Shown piece by piece: positions 46,692-55,032 of a stretch of DNA of 64,000 bases. The stretch is from Candidatus Nomurabacteria bacterium. Its GTDB lineage: Bacteria > Patescibacteriota > Minisyncoccia > Phycocordibacterales > UBA5272. The notes under the pieces were generated by a model. It ran no database searches. It was not told where the DNA came from and saw nothing but the letters and a program-made list of their open reading frames with translations. The stretch's first letter is position 1, and every line of letters begins with the position of its first letter. The translations under genes were made by a program, and so were the position numbers. The stretch covers positions 89,185 through 153,184 of the forward strand of contig JBAXSC010000002.1 of assembly GCA_037130925.1 (NCBI GenBank), in the 5' to 3' direction.

Positions 46692-48560
46692 ATGGAAGGA
46701 AGTATTTTTTATAAAAAACAAGATAGTAAAGAAAACTTTACAAAAAAAGAACCTTTAACAAAGGCTTTTTCAGAAGGAAAATTATCTGACGCAAATCTCC
46801 CCTACGAAATTAAAACTGACCCAAAACTAATTAAAGAGTGTAAAGAAAGAAAAGAATCAATAAAAAAACTAAATTCTGTTTATCTAAAAATACCCATTCT
46901 AACTAACATAGAAGATGCTCTTGAAAAGAATCTAATACAAACAGAAGAAATAGAAGATTTTTATAAATCTATAATTAATCTAATTGAAAAAGATAAAGAT
47001 AGTAAAAGATTATTGTTATATTTTCCGTTAGAATTAATACCAGAAATGAAGAATGAAAAGCTAAAATTTTTTAGTGAGTTTTATAAAAATAATTGGAAAG
47101 ATTTATTAAAAGAAATAGATTTAAGAGAAGATTTTAACATTGGAGATGTACCAGAAAAAGAAATAAGAGTCGGTGGCTTAGCAAAAATATCAAAAGCTGC
47201 ACATCTTATACCTTTTTTAATAGAAAAAAATATAATAAATAAAAATGATGTTTTTAATATTTTAGAAAACGGGAATGAAAAAGTATTAATAGAAAGCACA
47301 TTAGACACATTAAGAATCTTAGCAGAAAAAAAATATTTAAATATCGAAGATATAAAAAGACTAGAAAATTCTAAAAATGTAGATATCAGAAATACAGCAA
47401 AAATGATACAGCATGATCAAACAGCAACAGTAAAAGATAATAATATAGAAAATGTTCATGAAAAACTAAACATTAGAGAGTTTTTTAATTCTATGAACAG
47501 AGAACTAAACATAAATGAAGAAGGTATGTTCTTAACAGATAAGCTTCCTGAAAATAGAAAAAAATGGCTAACAGGGATAGAGAAAGAGAAAATAATTAAA
47601 AAATATTCTGAAATATTATATATAAAAATTAGTAAAGAAGAATATGAAATAAATACCATAACTGAAGATAAAAATTTGAATACTGAAAATATTCAAGCTT
47701 TTATAAAAACTATAGAGACATTAATAATAGAAAATTCAAATAATGAAAACTATTGGCAATCTTTAAATAAACTTAAAAAAAGAGATGATGTGAATATTAA
47801 AAATTCTGTTTTAAATACTTTAAATAGATTAAACTCTATAAATATTACTAATGAAAATTATTTCTCTAAAAGAGAGTTAGATAAAGACAAAAAAGAAACA
47901 GAAAAAAGTGTTGAAAATAAAATAAAAAATATATTATCAAAAATTGAAAAAGATCCCCTATTGGGAAAAATAATATATCCTTTAGGCATATTACAAGGAT
48001 CCCATATTAAAGGCTACGGAAAAGAAAATTCCGATATAGATCTCGGAGTCTTCATAAAAGAAAATGTAAATTTTGAAAAACATAATGATATAAAAAATGC
48101 ATTTAGTAATATTTTAAAAGAATCAAATATCAAAGGATCAATAATGGAATTTTGGCTAAAAAAAGAAAATAATTATCTTTGGATTCAAGATTTTGATAAT
48201 CCTGATCATACATTAGGAGACAGTCTTTTAACAGCACCTATTACAGGATCTTGGTATGGAGATGAAAAATCTATAAGTTTTTTACAAAAAGAATTAATAC
48301 CAAAATATTTATATTCTGAAAATAAACATATTTTTGGATTTAATGCTAGAAAAATTTGGTTAAAAGATATAGAACATAATTTAATTCAATATAGACTAAT
48401 GCATAAAGGATACAAAGAAAACAGTCTGGAGCAAGGTGGTATTAATTCAAAATATAAAGAAGAAATAGATGGAGAAAGTATGTTTTATGATTCTGGATTT
48501 AGAAGATCTGCTACAAAAATATATTTAGAAAAAGTATTTCTGCCACAATTAAAAAAGTAA
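46692..48560 (+). CDS. large helical protein with C-terminal Pol-beta-superfamily nucleotidyltransferase domain
   Basis: 622-aa ORF. The NTase signature GSHIKGYGKENSDIDLGVFI (G-S...D-x-D) is in the last third. The N-terminal ~400 aa are Lys/Glu/Asn-rich and helical. Confidence 0.6.
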   Translation: MEGSIFYKKQDSKENFTKKEPLTKAFSEGKLSDANLPYEIKTDPKLIKECKERKESIKKLNSVYLKIPILTNIEDALEKNLIQTEEIEDFYKSIINLIEKDKDSKRLLLYFPLELIPEMKNEKLKFFSEFYKNNWKDLLKEIDLREDFNIGDVPEKEIRVGGLAKISKAAHLIPFLIEKNIINKNDVFNILENGNEKVLIESTLDTLRILAEKKYLNIEDIKRLENSKNVDIRNTAKMIQHDQTATVKDNNIENVHEKLNIREFFNSMNRELNINEEGMFLTDKLPENRKKWLTGIEKEKIIKKYSEILYIKISKEEYEINTITEDKNLNTENIQAFIKTIETLIIENSNNENYWQSLNKLKKRDDVNIKNSVLNTLNRLNSINITNENYFSKRELDKDKKETEKSVENKIKNILSKIEKDPLLGKIIYPLGILQGSHIKGYGKENSDIDLGVFIKENVNFEKHNDIKNAFSNILKESNIKGSIMEFWLKKENNYLWIQDFDNPDHTLGDSLLTAPITGSWYGDEKSISFLQKELIPKYLYSENKHIFGFNARKIWLKDIEHNLIQYRLMHKGYKENSLEQGGINSKYKEEIDGESMFYDSGFRRSATKIYLEKVFLPQLKK

Positions 48561-48591
48561 ATAAAATAAAAAAGAACGTAGAGAACGAACA

Positions 48592-49692
48592 TTAAATCTT
48601 ACCACCGCCAAGTGAACCTTTTATTCCAGAACTCAATTTATCCCAAGGAATTTGACTTCCAAGCATATAAAGAGAACTAAAATATTGTTGCTCTTCTTCA
48701 CCAACACTCACGTCTTTTATCTTAATAACACCAAGAACAAATCTGGTGATATTAGTTTCTAAACGTGCATATGTTGCTGGTACATCAGCAGATAACATTT
48801 TTAACATTTGATCACGATTCGCAACTCCCATAAGAGCAGGAATTTTTGGATTTTCCAAAGATTCTTTTATCTTTGAAGCTTCGTAAGCAAGAGCTGCAGA
48901 AATTTGAACCCCAACCCCAGAGAAAACTTTATTAATACTGTTATTTAACGCATCAGCTTCGTCACGAAGCGCTCCAGTTTCAGGAGGAGCCATCATGCCG
49001 GGCATTTTACCACCACCGTTCATCATCATAGCCATTGCGCTCATCATCATAGCAGGATTAGCAGCTCCCTGTTGCCATGTTTCAGCCCAATTTTTTAATT
49101 GGCTATAAAAATCTGTTATTGCCGGCCAAAGATTAGAGTTGATTTTTCCTAAGAAAGCTTTCTTTCTAGCTTCGGAAACAAAATTACCATCCATACCATC
49201 AATTGCATCAAATATTTCAGCATAACTACGTTTTGTAAGTTGCTTACGTATTTTGAAAAATTCTGTAGGCACAGGATCCTCGTTAGTATCAGCATAATCT
49301 TCGATCTTTTTAGCCAACTTTTCAGGTACAGAATATAATCCTACCTGACTGGCTAAAGCAGCACGAATTGCAGCAATAACTGTTGACTCATCAACCTTCA
49401 TTACACCGCCAGCGCAAAGAGCTTTTAACCAAGATTCATCATTTGGTACCTTTGGTAAAATATTATCATCAACAGTATACATTGTAGCCGTTGGTGTCTC
49501 TTGGGCTTTAGGAGCAAATGTTGCCACAATTTTTTTTGCAGTAACTAATCCGCACTTGGTGTGAGTTACAATGTCATTTGCAGTAAAATACTGCATATCT
49601 TCATTTTCTTCTCCGCCCTGTGCTTCTAAAATTTTAATTTGGTCTTCTGTAAGACCTAAGCCAACTAATTGGCTTCTTAAATCATCTTTCAT
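48592..49692 (-). CDS. hypothetical protein with central Met/Gly-rich segment (operon gene 4)
   Basis: 366-aa ORF with the low-complexity stretch AANPAMMMSAMAMMMNGGGKMPGMMAPPE. No family recognised. Confidence 0.65.
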   Translation of the reverse strand: MKDDLRSQLVGLGLTEDQIKILEAQGGEENEDMQYFTANDIVTHTKCGLVTAKKIVATFAPKAQETPTATMYTVDDNILPKVPNDESWLKALCAGGVMKVDESTVIAAIRAALASQVGLYSVPEKLAKKIEDYADTNEDPVPTEFFKIRKQLTKRSYAEIFDAIDGMDGNFVSEARKKAFLGKINSNLWPAITDFYSQLKNWAETWQQGAANPAMMMSAMAMMMNGGGKMPGMMAPPETGALRDEADALNNSINKVFSGVGVQISAALAYEASKIKESLENPKIPALMGVANRDQMLKMLSADVPATYARLETNITRFVLGVIKIKDVSVGEEEQQYFSSLYMLGSQIPWDKLSSGIKGSLGGGKI

Positions 49693-49723
49693 GTTTGAAA
49701 AATTTAATTGTTTGAAAAAAAAT

Positions 49724-51112
49724 TTAAATTAATATTTTTTGGTCTTCCGTAGGACCTAGTCCTAGCATACGAATTGGTACACCGAGTTTTTCATTTAGAT
49801 TCGTTTTACATAAATTTACAAAATCCTCTGTCGAAGATTTTTGATCTACATAAAACTCTTCAATGTTTGGTATACATTCGTACAAGCTTTTAGTTAGTTG
49901 AGATTGATGATAAATTTTATCTGACTCATTTATAAAATCCTTCACTAAAATATCCCCCTTTTCAGAAAAATAATTTAGATCAAAATTATTATAACTATGA
50001 CAAATTGGCCATTTTTTTAATTTAACCATTGAGTCAAACCAAGTCAAACAAATTCCATCAAACATTTCAGCTCCACCAGCAACATTAATTGCATAACGCA
50101 ACATAACTGTATCAAGAGCGCCAACTCTAACCTTGCCGCGATAGCGATCAGGATTTTCGAGTTCGGCCTTGCCCTTAAATAGAGAATTTGCCATTAATTC
50201 ATTTTCTGTTACAAACGGACCTGCGCCGTGCTTTATTTGATGAGCACGAGTTACCCCAAGTTTTACAACTTTACCATCATAATCATTTTCTTTGAGTAAA
50301 CTCCAAGAGGTTATTTCTGGTAAGGTTCTTAATCTAGAAGTGTGCGGATTGAATCCGTGAATATAATCAGTAAGAATACCATGTGAGCTTTCCATTACAA
50401 CATTACCTTCACGACTTAAAATGTTTTTCTTTAAATAGTTTTGATCTACAATATTTAGCTGTTTAGCCAAACTTTTAAATTGATCAACTATCCAATTAAA
50501 ATATTCATCATCGTAAAAATGCTGTATCTCTAAATTTGCAGATTCCAAATCTTTTGGTAAAAAATCTTTTTTAAACAATTCAATTTCAGAAACTTTTTGG
50601 TCTCTTACTTTTTTAAGTTTATCAATGAAATCACTTTTAAGATCTGAAAGATGGAAAGCTAAATCTGGGTGAATTTTAGAATCTATAAAAGCTTCCCCTA
50701 CTCCGACACCCACAATATTTCGTGGATTATCTTTACGTGCAAGCTCTTTTATCCTAGAAGCACGACCATGAAAAGGTGTAGTAATTAAAGCATTTTCATC
50801 TGCAATAATTAATGAAAACGGATTTGAAATTCCTTTTTCATACTGCAAAATATTTACTTCATTTAAAATACCAATCGGACTTACAACAAAATTTTTAGAA
50901 ATAAAAGTTTTTATTCCTTCAAATGTTCCGCATCCAAATTGACCAAAATTAAATTTTTCACCTTTTGATGTCCATACTCCGTGAGATCCTTGTGCTCCAC
51001 CAACTTTGATCACAGTGTGAGGGTTTTGTGTGGTGCATATTTTATGCACCACACTTCCTTTCCCTCCATCACCACCACCTAAGTCGGTGACAGTGTAGAT
51101 TTTCTTTTTCAT
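49724..51112 (-). CDS. divergent adenylosuccinate synthetase-like enzyme (operon gene 3)
   Basis: Collinear PurA-like motifs: GGGDGGKGS (PurA GDEGKGK), GGAQGSHG (GGHNAGH), ESSHGILTDYIHGFNPHTS ([20 protein letters not shown]), HGAGPFVTE (GAGPFPTE) and LGLGPTEDQ (STGPDR). Confidence 0.7.
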   Translation of the reverse strand: MKKKIYTVTDLGGGDGGKGSVVHKICTTQNPHTVIKVGGAQGSHGVWTSKGEKFNFGQFGCGTFEGIKTFISKNFVVSPIGILNEVNILQYEKGISNPFSLIIADENALITTPFHGRASRIKELARKDNPRNIVGVGVGEAFIDSKIHPDLAFHLSDLKSDFIDKLKKVRDQKVSEIELFKKDFLPKDLESANLEIQHFYDDEYFNWIVDQFKSLAKQLNIVDQNYLKKNILSREGNVVMESSHGILTDYIHGFNPHTSRLRTLPEITSWSLLKENDYDGKVVKLGVTRAHQIKHGAGPFVTENELMANSLFKGKAELENPDRYRGKVRVGALDTVMLRYAINVAGGAEMFDGICLTWFDSMVKLKKWPICHSYNNFDLNYFSEKGDILVKDFINESDKIYHQSQLTKSLYECIPNIEEFYVDQKSSTEDFVNLCKTNLNEKLGVPIRMLGLGPTEDQKILI

Positions 51113-51123
51113 AAAGATTAAGT

Positions 51124-52230
51124 TTACATCCAGGTATGTTGTTTAGGTTTCTCCGGCTTATGATTTTCCATGTCTGTTATTTCTAACGGCCACAAATCAT
51201 GTTTATTAGCAAAGATAGACCCTTTTTTTGGAATTTTTGAGAAATTCTCAAACTGGGTTTGTGCCCCAACAGGAATATTTGCAACAGCTCGCTGAATTTT
51301 AATTGCTTCAGCCTTATTAAGACCTACACTTTTCAAATATTCAGTAACGTCATTTAAACCAAATACCCCTTCTGTTAAGCCAATCAATGTAGATTGAACA
51401 TAAGGCAAATTCTCTGTAGAATCAATTACTACAACATTTTCAGGTCCGTAAAATTTAGACCAATAAGACTCTGGACTTTCAACCAAAATTGCAAATGCGT
51501 GTGCTTGTTTTTGTAGAGCTTTTACAATATCTTTTGTGTCAGGTAAATTTTTTTCATCAAATGAAATCTGACAATTTTCTTTTACCTTTTCAAAAACTTC
51601 TTCACTGAAAACTCTCACCAAATTTCTTTTATCAACCCTTCCATGGCTTTTAGCATCAGTCACCATAAAGTGATAATACTTAAGACCGTATCTACTAATA
51701 AAAGCATCTGTTAAATAAGCTGCCCCGAATAATCCATATTCAGGATCTTCATCAGAATCTCCACCTTCACGTTCAGGGACCATAAGAGTAAGTTGTTCAG
51801 CGATCTTTTTATCCATTTCTGCTTGAGTTCTCGCTAAAACAAAATTATCTTGTACGTCTCCAAAAATCGCATTCATAACCTGAGGATCATAATTCCCAAG
51901 AACAGGATACTTTCCTTCAGTTAATAATGAATAAAATTTCGGCAAACTATCAAACATAAGTTTGACATTGCCACCCATAGATCCAGTAGTATCCCCAAGT
52001 GTTTCTGTTAACATTGGCATCCCATTTGGGAGCTTAAATGTTTCACCTAAATACCTTGGTAAAGATCTACGAATAAGATCATAGCCAGCAGGATCCACCA
52101 AGGGGTGGAGTTTACCAGTATCTCTAATTGTTTGCCTACCTGCATGCGAAGTGTCACCACCAGCATCTTTTACTTTTTGATTTACTTCGTCATAAGTCTC
52201 TTGAGTAAATCCTCCTTTTCTGTCGCTCAT
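51124..52230 (-). CDS. von Willebrand factor A (vWA) domain protein (operon gene 2)
   Basis: MIDAS-type motif LGDTTGSMGG (DxSxS-like), followed by an alpha/beta-like region. Confidence 0.65.
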   Translation of the reverse strand: MSDRKGGFTQETYDEVNQKVKDAGGDTSHAGRQTIRDTGKLHPLVDPAGYDLIRRSLPRYLGETFKLPNGMPMLTETLGDTTGSMGGNVKLMFDSLPKFYSLLTEGKYPVLGNYDPQVMNAIFGDVQDNFVLARTQAEMDKKIAEQLTLMVPEREGGDSDEDPEYGLFGAAYLTDAFISRYGLKYYHFMVTDAKSHGRVDKRNLVRVFSEEVFEKVKENCQISFDEKNLPDTKDIVKALQKQAHAFAILVESPESYWSKFYGPENVVVIDSTENLPYVQSTLIGLTEGVFGLNDVTEYLKSVGLNKAEAIKIQRAVANIPVGAQTQFENFSKIPKKGSIFANKHDLWPLEITDMENHKPEKPKQHTWM

Positions 52231-52278
52231 TTTGAATGAATTTAATTTGTTTAAAAATGTTTTTTTAGTTTTTCAAAG

Positions 52279-53142
52279 TTAAATAGGAACTGTTGAATAA
52301 GGATGATATTTTCTTCCCCAGATTTCTCTAACAACTTCATAAAAGTAGTGATGAGCATCATACACACTTTCAAAGTCATTTATTAAAAGCGTCTTTAAAA
52401 GTTCACGATACTTCTCACCTTCACCTTCAAGTTGTTCGTGGTCTGGAATAGAACCGTCTTCCGGATTTCCTCCTAAGATTAGGATTACGCTTTTTACAGC
52501 ATTTTTTAGTTCATTCACGACAAGATCTTTTTCTACTTGCTCAGGATGAAGTAATACTTTTGACCAATCAAAAATTGATACTAAGTGGAATTCTTTGACA
52601 ATGAAAATGTTTTCAGCATCAAGATTTCCAACTGTACATTTTAATCGATCATGAGCAAAAGCTATAATTTTTAGCAATTTTCCAAGGATCCAAACACTTG
52701 TCTTTGGATCAACTCTCATCTTATCTATTTCCACTATTAAATTAATAGGGACTATTTCAGATAAGACAGGACTGATTTCCAAACCAAGAATTAAAATTCT
52801 TTTATCATCTTGCTCATTAGAGACAAAATTATCAATAAGCTTTGGAAAGCCCATTTGATAATTAAGTTTTGTTTCAGATCCAGAATGATTAATCATATAC
52901 TCGTCTTCTACCCGTTTAGCCTCTTCAGTTAATTCACTGAGTATGTAAGCCTCACGATCTAAAAGAGCATTCAATGATTTATCGATAACGATTTTAAGTA
53001 TTAAAGACTGTTCAGGATATTTATCCGAAACAACTCCATAATAATTAAATTTATCATTACCTCCTAACCTTTCCATAATCTTGTAACTCGTACCATCACG
53101 TGCCGTGACAGTAATTTTCTTTTCTGTTTTAAATGTACTCAT
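52279..53142 (-). CDS. protein-kinase-like fold protein, possibly catalytically degenerate (operon gene 1)
   Basis: Beta3-Lys-like LILKIV, alphaC-Glu-like DREAYILSEL, catalytic-loop-like AHDRLKCTVGNLDAENIFI, and DFG-like SIFDWS. Assignment by motif spacing only. Confidence 0.45.
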   Translation of the reverse strand: MSTFKTEKKITVTARDGTSYKIMERLGGNDKFNYYGVVSDKYPEQSLILKIVIDKSLNALLDREAYILSELTEEAKRVEDEYMINHSGSETKLNYQMGFPKLIDNFVSNEQDDKRILILGLEISPVLSEIVPINLIVEIDKMRVDPKTSVWILGKLLKIIAFAHDRLKCTVGNLDAENIFIVKEFHLVSIFDWSKVLLHPEQVEKDLVVNELKNAVKSVILILGGNPEDGSIPDHEQLEGEGEKYRELLKTLLINDFESVYDAHHYFYEVVREIWGRKYHPYSTVPI

Positions 53143-53214
53143 TTACTTATATTTTATGTTAACAATATATTTTTACTAGAAAATAGTTTCCTAGTCCTGC
53201 TAGGAGACTACCAC

Positions 53215-53243
53215 ATATAAAAGAAAAAGTAAATACTTGTCAA
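53215..53243 (-). promoter_or_regulatory. putative sigma-70 promoter of the four-gene operon
   Basis: Minus strand reads TTGACA (53243-53238), a 17-nt spacer, then TTATAT (53220-53215). A leader hairpin TCCTAG-CAGGA-CTAGGA lies downstream. Confidence 0.5.
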
Positions 53244-53356
53244 TAATATTTATATTTACAAAGAACGCACTGTTTTTAATCAAAACTTATATCTTTTGAT
53301 TATGCGTATAATATACACTAAGTAAATTTAAAATACAAATAGTTTATCCACAAGTA

Positions 53357-54007
53357 CTATCCTAAAATATTCAATGTCTCGATATTCTTTGTTTTAAATT
53401 TATACAATGAAGCAGGTCTCATTCTCCCCTCTTTTCTCTTATCTTTTGTTTCTTCTAAAATATTCAAAGAATCTATTTTTTTTCTAAAATTTCTTTTATC
53501 AATTTCCTTGCCTAAAATTATTTCATAAACTTTTTGTAATTCTGAAAAAGTAAAATTATTAGAAAATAATTTTTTTATTATAGTTGTATATTCAATTTTA
53601 GTTTTTAATCTTTCTAGGCCTGTTTTTAGTATTAAACTATGATCATAAGCAAGTTTTTTTATTTTTCCTATAGGTATAAAGCCTTCTTCACTCAATCCAG
53701 AATAGAGACCTAGAAAAGCACAAGATACTACTCTCCCTCTTTTATCTCTCTTAATATCTGAAAAAGTGTACAATTGTTCTGTATAAATTTTGTCCATCTT
53801 CAATAATCCTTTTTGAACTATTATTCTTTTAAGAGTATCCTCTGCAGACTCATCCAGTCTTACCAGTCCGCCAGGCAAACATTTTAACCCTTGATAAAGA
53901 GAGTCTTTATTGACGTCTGTAAGAAATACACAAAGTTCATTATTTATAATTTTAAGCAAACATAAATCTATAGCAATGAGAGCAAATGGGAGTTTTTCTT
54001 CTTTCAT
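53357..54007 (-). CDS. NrtR-like regulator (Nudix domain plus C-terminal winged helix)
   Basis: Nudix box region LPGGLVRLDESAEDTLKRII. The C-terminal FTFSELQKVYEIILGKEIDKRNFRKKI...RPASLYKF matches the NrtR wHTH pattern. Confidence 0.75.
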   Translation of the reverse strand: MKEEKLPFALIAIDLCLLKIINNELCVFLTDVNKDSLYQGLKCLPGGLVRLDESAEDTLKRIIVQKGLLKMDKIYTEQLYTFSDIKRDKRGRVVSCAFLGLYSGLSEEGFIPIGKIKKLAYDHSLILKTGLERLKTKIEYTTIIKKLFSNNFTFSELQKVYEIILGKEIDKRNFRKKIDSLNILEETKDKRKEGRMRPASLYKFKTKNIETLNILG

Positions 54008-54209
54008 AAGTTATATATAATATAAATATAGCACAAAAAGCAAGTTTATAAACTAATAGTATTTAAAAATTCAATGTCACGACGTGGTGCCCCCATTCGT
54101 GATAGGAAAGTATCGTTTCCTTGTGGGGTAAGGTTTGTTTATATATTTACTATTATAACCTATCAACCCCTCTCGTGATAGTATTATTTGTCTAAAAAGT
54201 GACAAATAT

Positions 54210-54247
54210 TACTTTTTAATTGATAAATAGTTACAGTTAAGTGTAAC
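54210..54247. promoter_or_regulatory. perfect 16-bp inverted repeat (operator or terminator candidate)
   Basis: TTGATAAATAGTTACA-GTTAAG-TGTAACTATTTATCAA, located between the protease stop and the nrtR-like start. Confidence 0.45.
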
Positions 54248-54286
54248 TATTTATCAAGAATACGAAAGAGAAACCTTTTTGTAAGA

Positions 54287-55027
54287 TTAATGACTTTCTT
54301 CATCCACAGCCTCCTTTACTACTTCATTTTGCGCTTTTCTTCTAGCCTCGTCCATTGATTGAAGATTTTCTAATCTTTGTTTATATACTGTGACAGATCT
54401 AATCATAGATAATCCAGGAAGAGAATCACCTGTAGACTTGTTAGGAAAATAATTTGATATAACTCCACATATTTTTAATTCAGAACTATTTTTATCAATG
54501 AAAAAAGCTGGGGCGCCACTCACACCATTTATAGCAACACCATCTACTAAGTAAGAATCCATATTCTGCAAATGACAACTTATATACCCAGCAAAGAAAC
54601 ATAAAGAATTTGCTTCTATTACAGGAAAACCTGTCCATCCTATTTCTGTACCGACATCAATAATTTGGTCTATATCTATTAGTTTTGGTATATCTTTCTC
54701 TTCTATATCGAAGGGATTATTTGTATCGTCTTTGAAAAGTATAAACGCAAGATCTCTTTGTTTATCAACTTCTATAACTCTAATAGTAGGATCGCTAATT
54801 AAAAATCTTTCTTTACTTGAAATATGTTGAGATATTTTTATTGGTTCGTTCCATTCATATGCATGAGCAATTACATGATAAGCAGTAGCGATACCACATA
54901 AATTTTGATCATTTTTAAATATTAAAAAGCCTGTACCGTATCCAGTTGGGGTAGATATTTTAAAAATAGAAGGATTTATACTCAATATTCCAGTTTGCCA
55001 ATTATTTTGATTTTCTTTGTTTTCCAT
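54287..55027 (-). CDS. trypsin-like (S1/Trypsin_2-type) serine protease
   Basis: Candidate triad: His in ATAYHVIAHA, Asp in QRDLAFILF, Ser in NGVSGAPAF. Confidence 0.7.
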   Translation of the reverse strand: MENKENQNNWQTGILSINPSIFKISTPTGYGTGFLIFKNDQNLCGIATAYHVIAHAYEWNEPIKISQHISSKERFLISDPTIRVIEVDKQRDLAFILFKDDTNNPFDIEEKDIPKLIDIDQIIDVGTEIGWTGFPVIEANSLCFFAGYISCHLQNMDSYLVDGVAINGVSGAPAFFIDKNSSELKICGVISNYFPNKSTGDSLPGLSMIRSVTVYKQRLENLQSMDEARRKAQNEVVKEAVDEESH

Positions 55028-55032
55028 ACATT

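Noticed and set aside
53344-53352. Perfect DnaA-box 9-mers TTATCCACA (53344-53352) and TGTGGATAA (55701-55709), considered as a replication origin
   Set aside because: There are only two boxes, 2.3 kb apart, with no dnaA/dnaN nearby, no box cluster and no AT-rich unwinding repeats. About one chance hit is expected in a window of this size.
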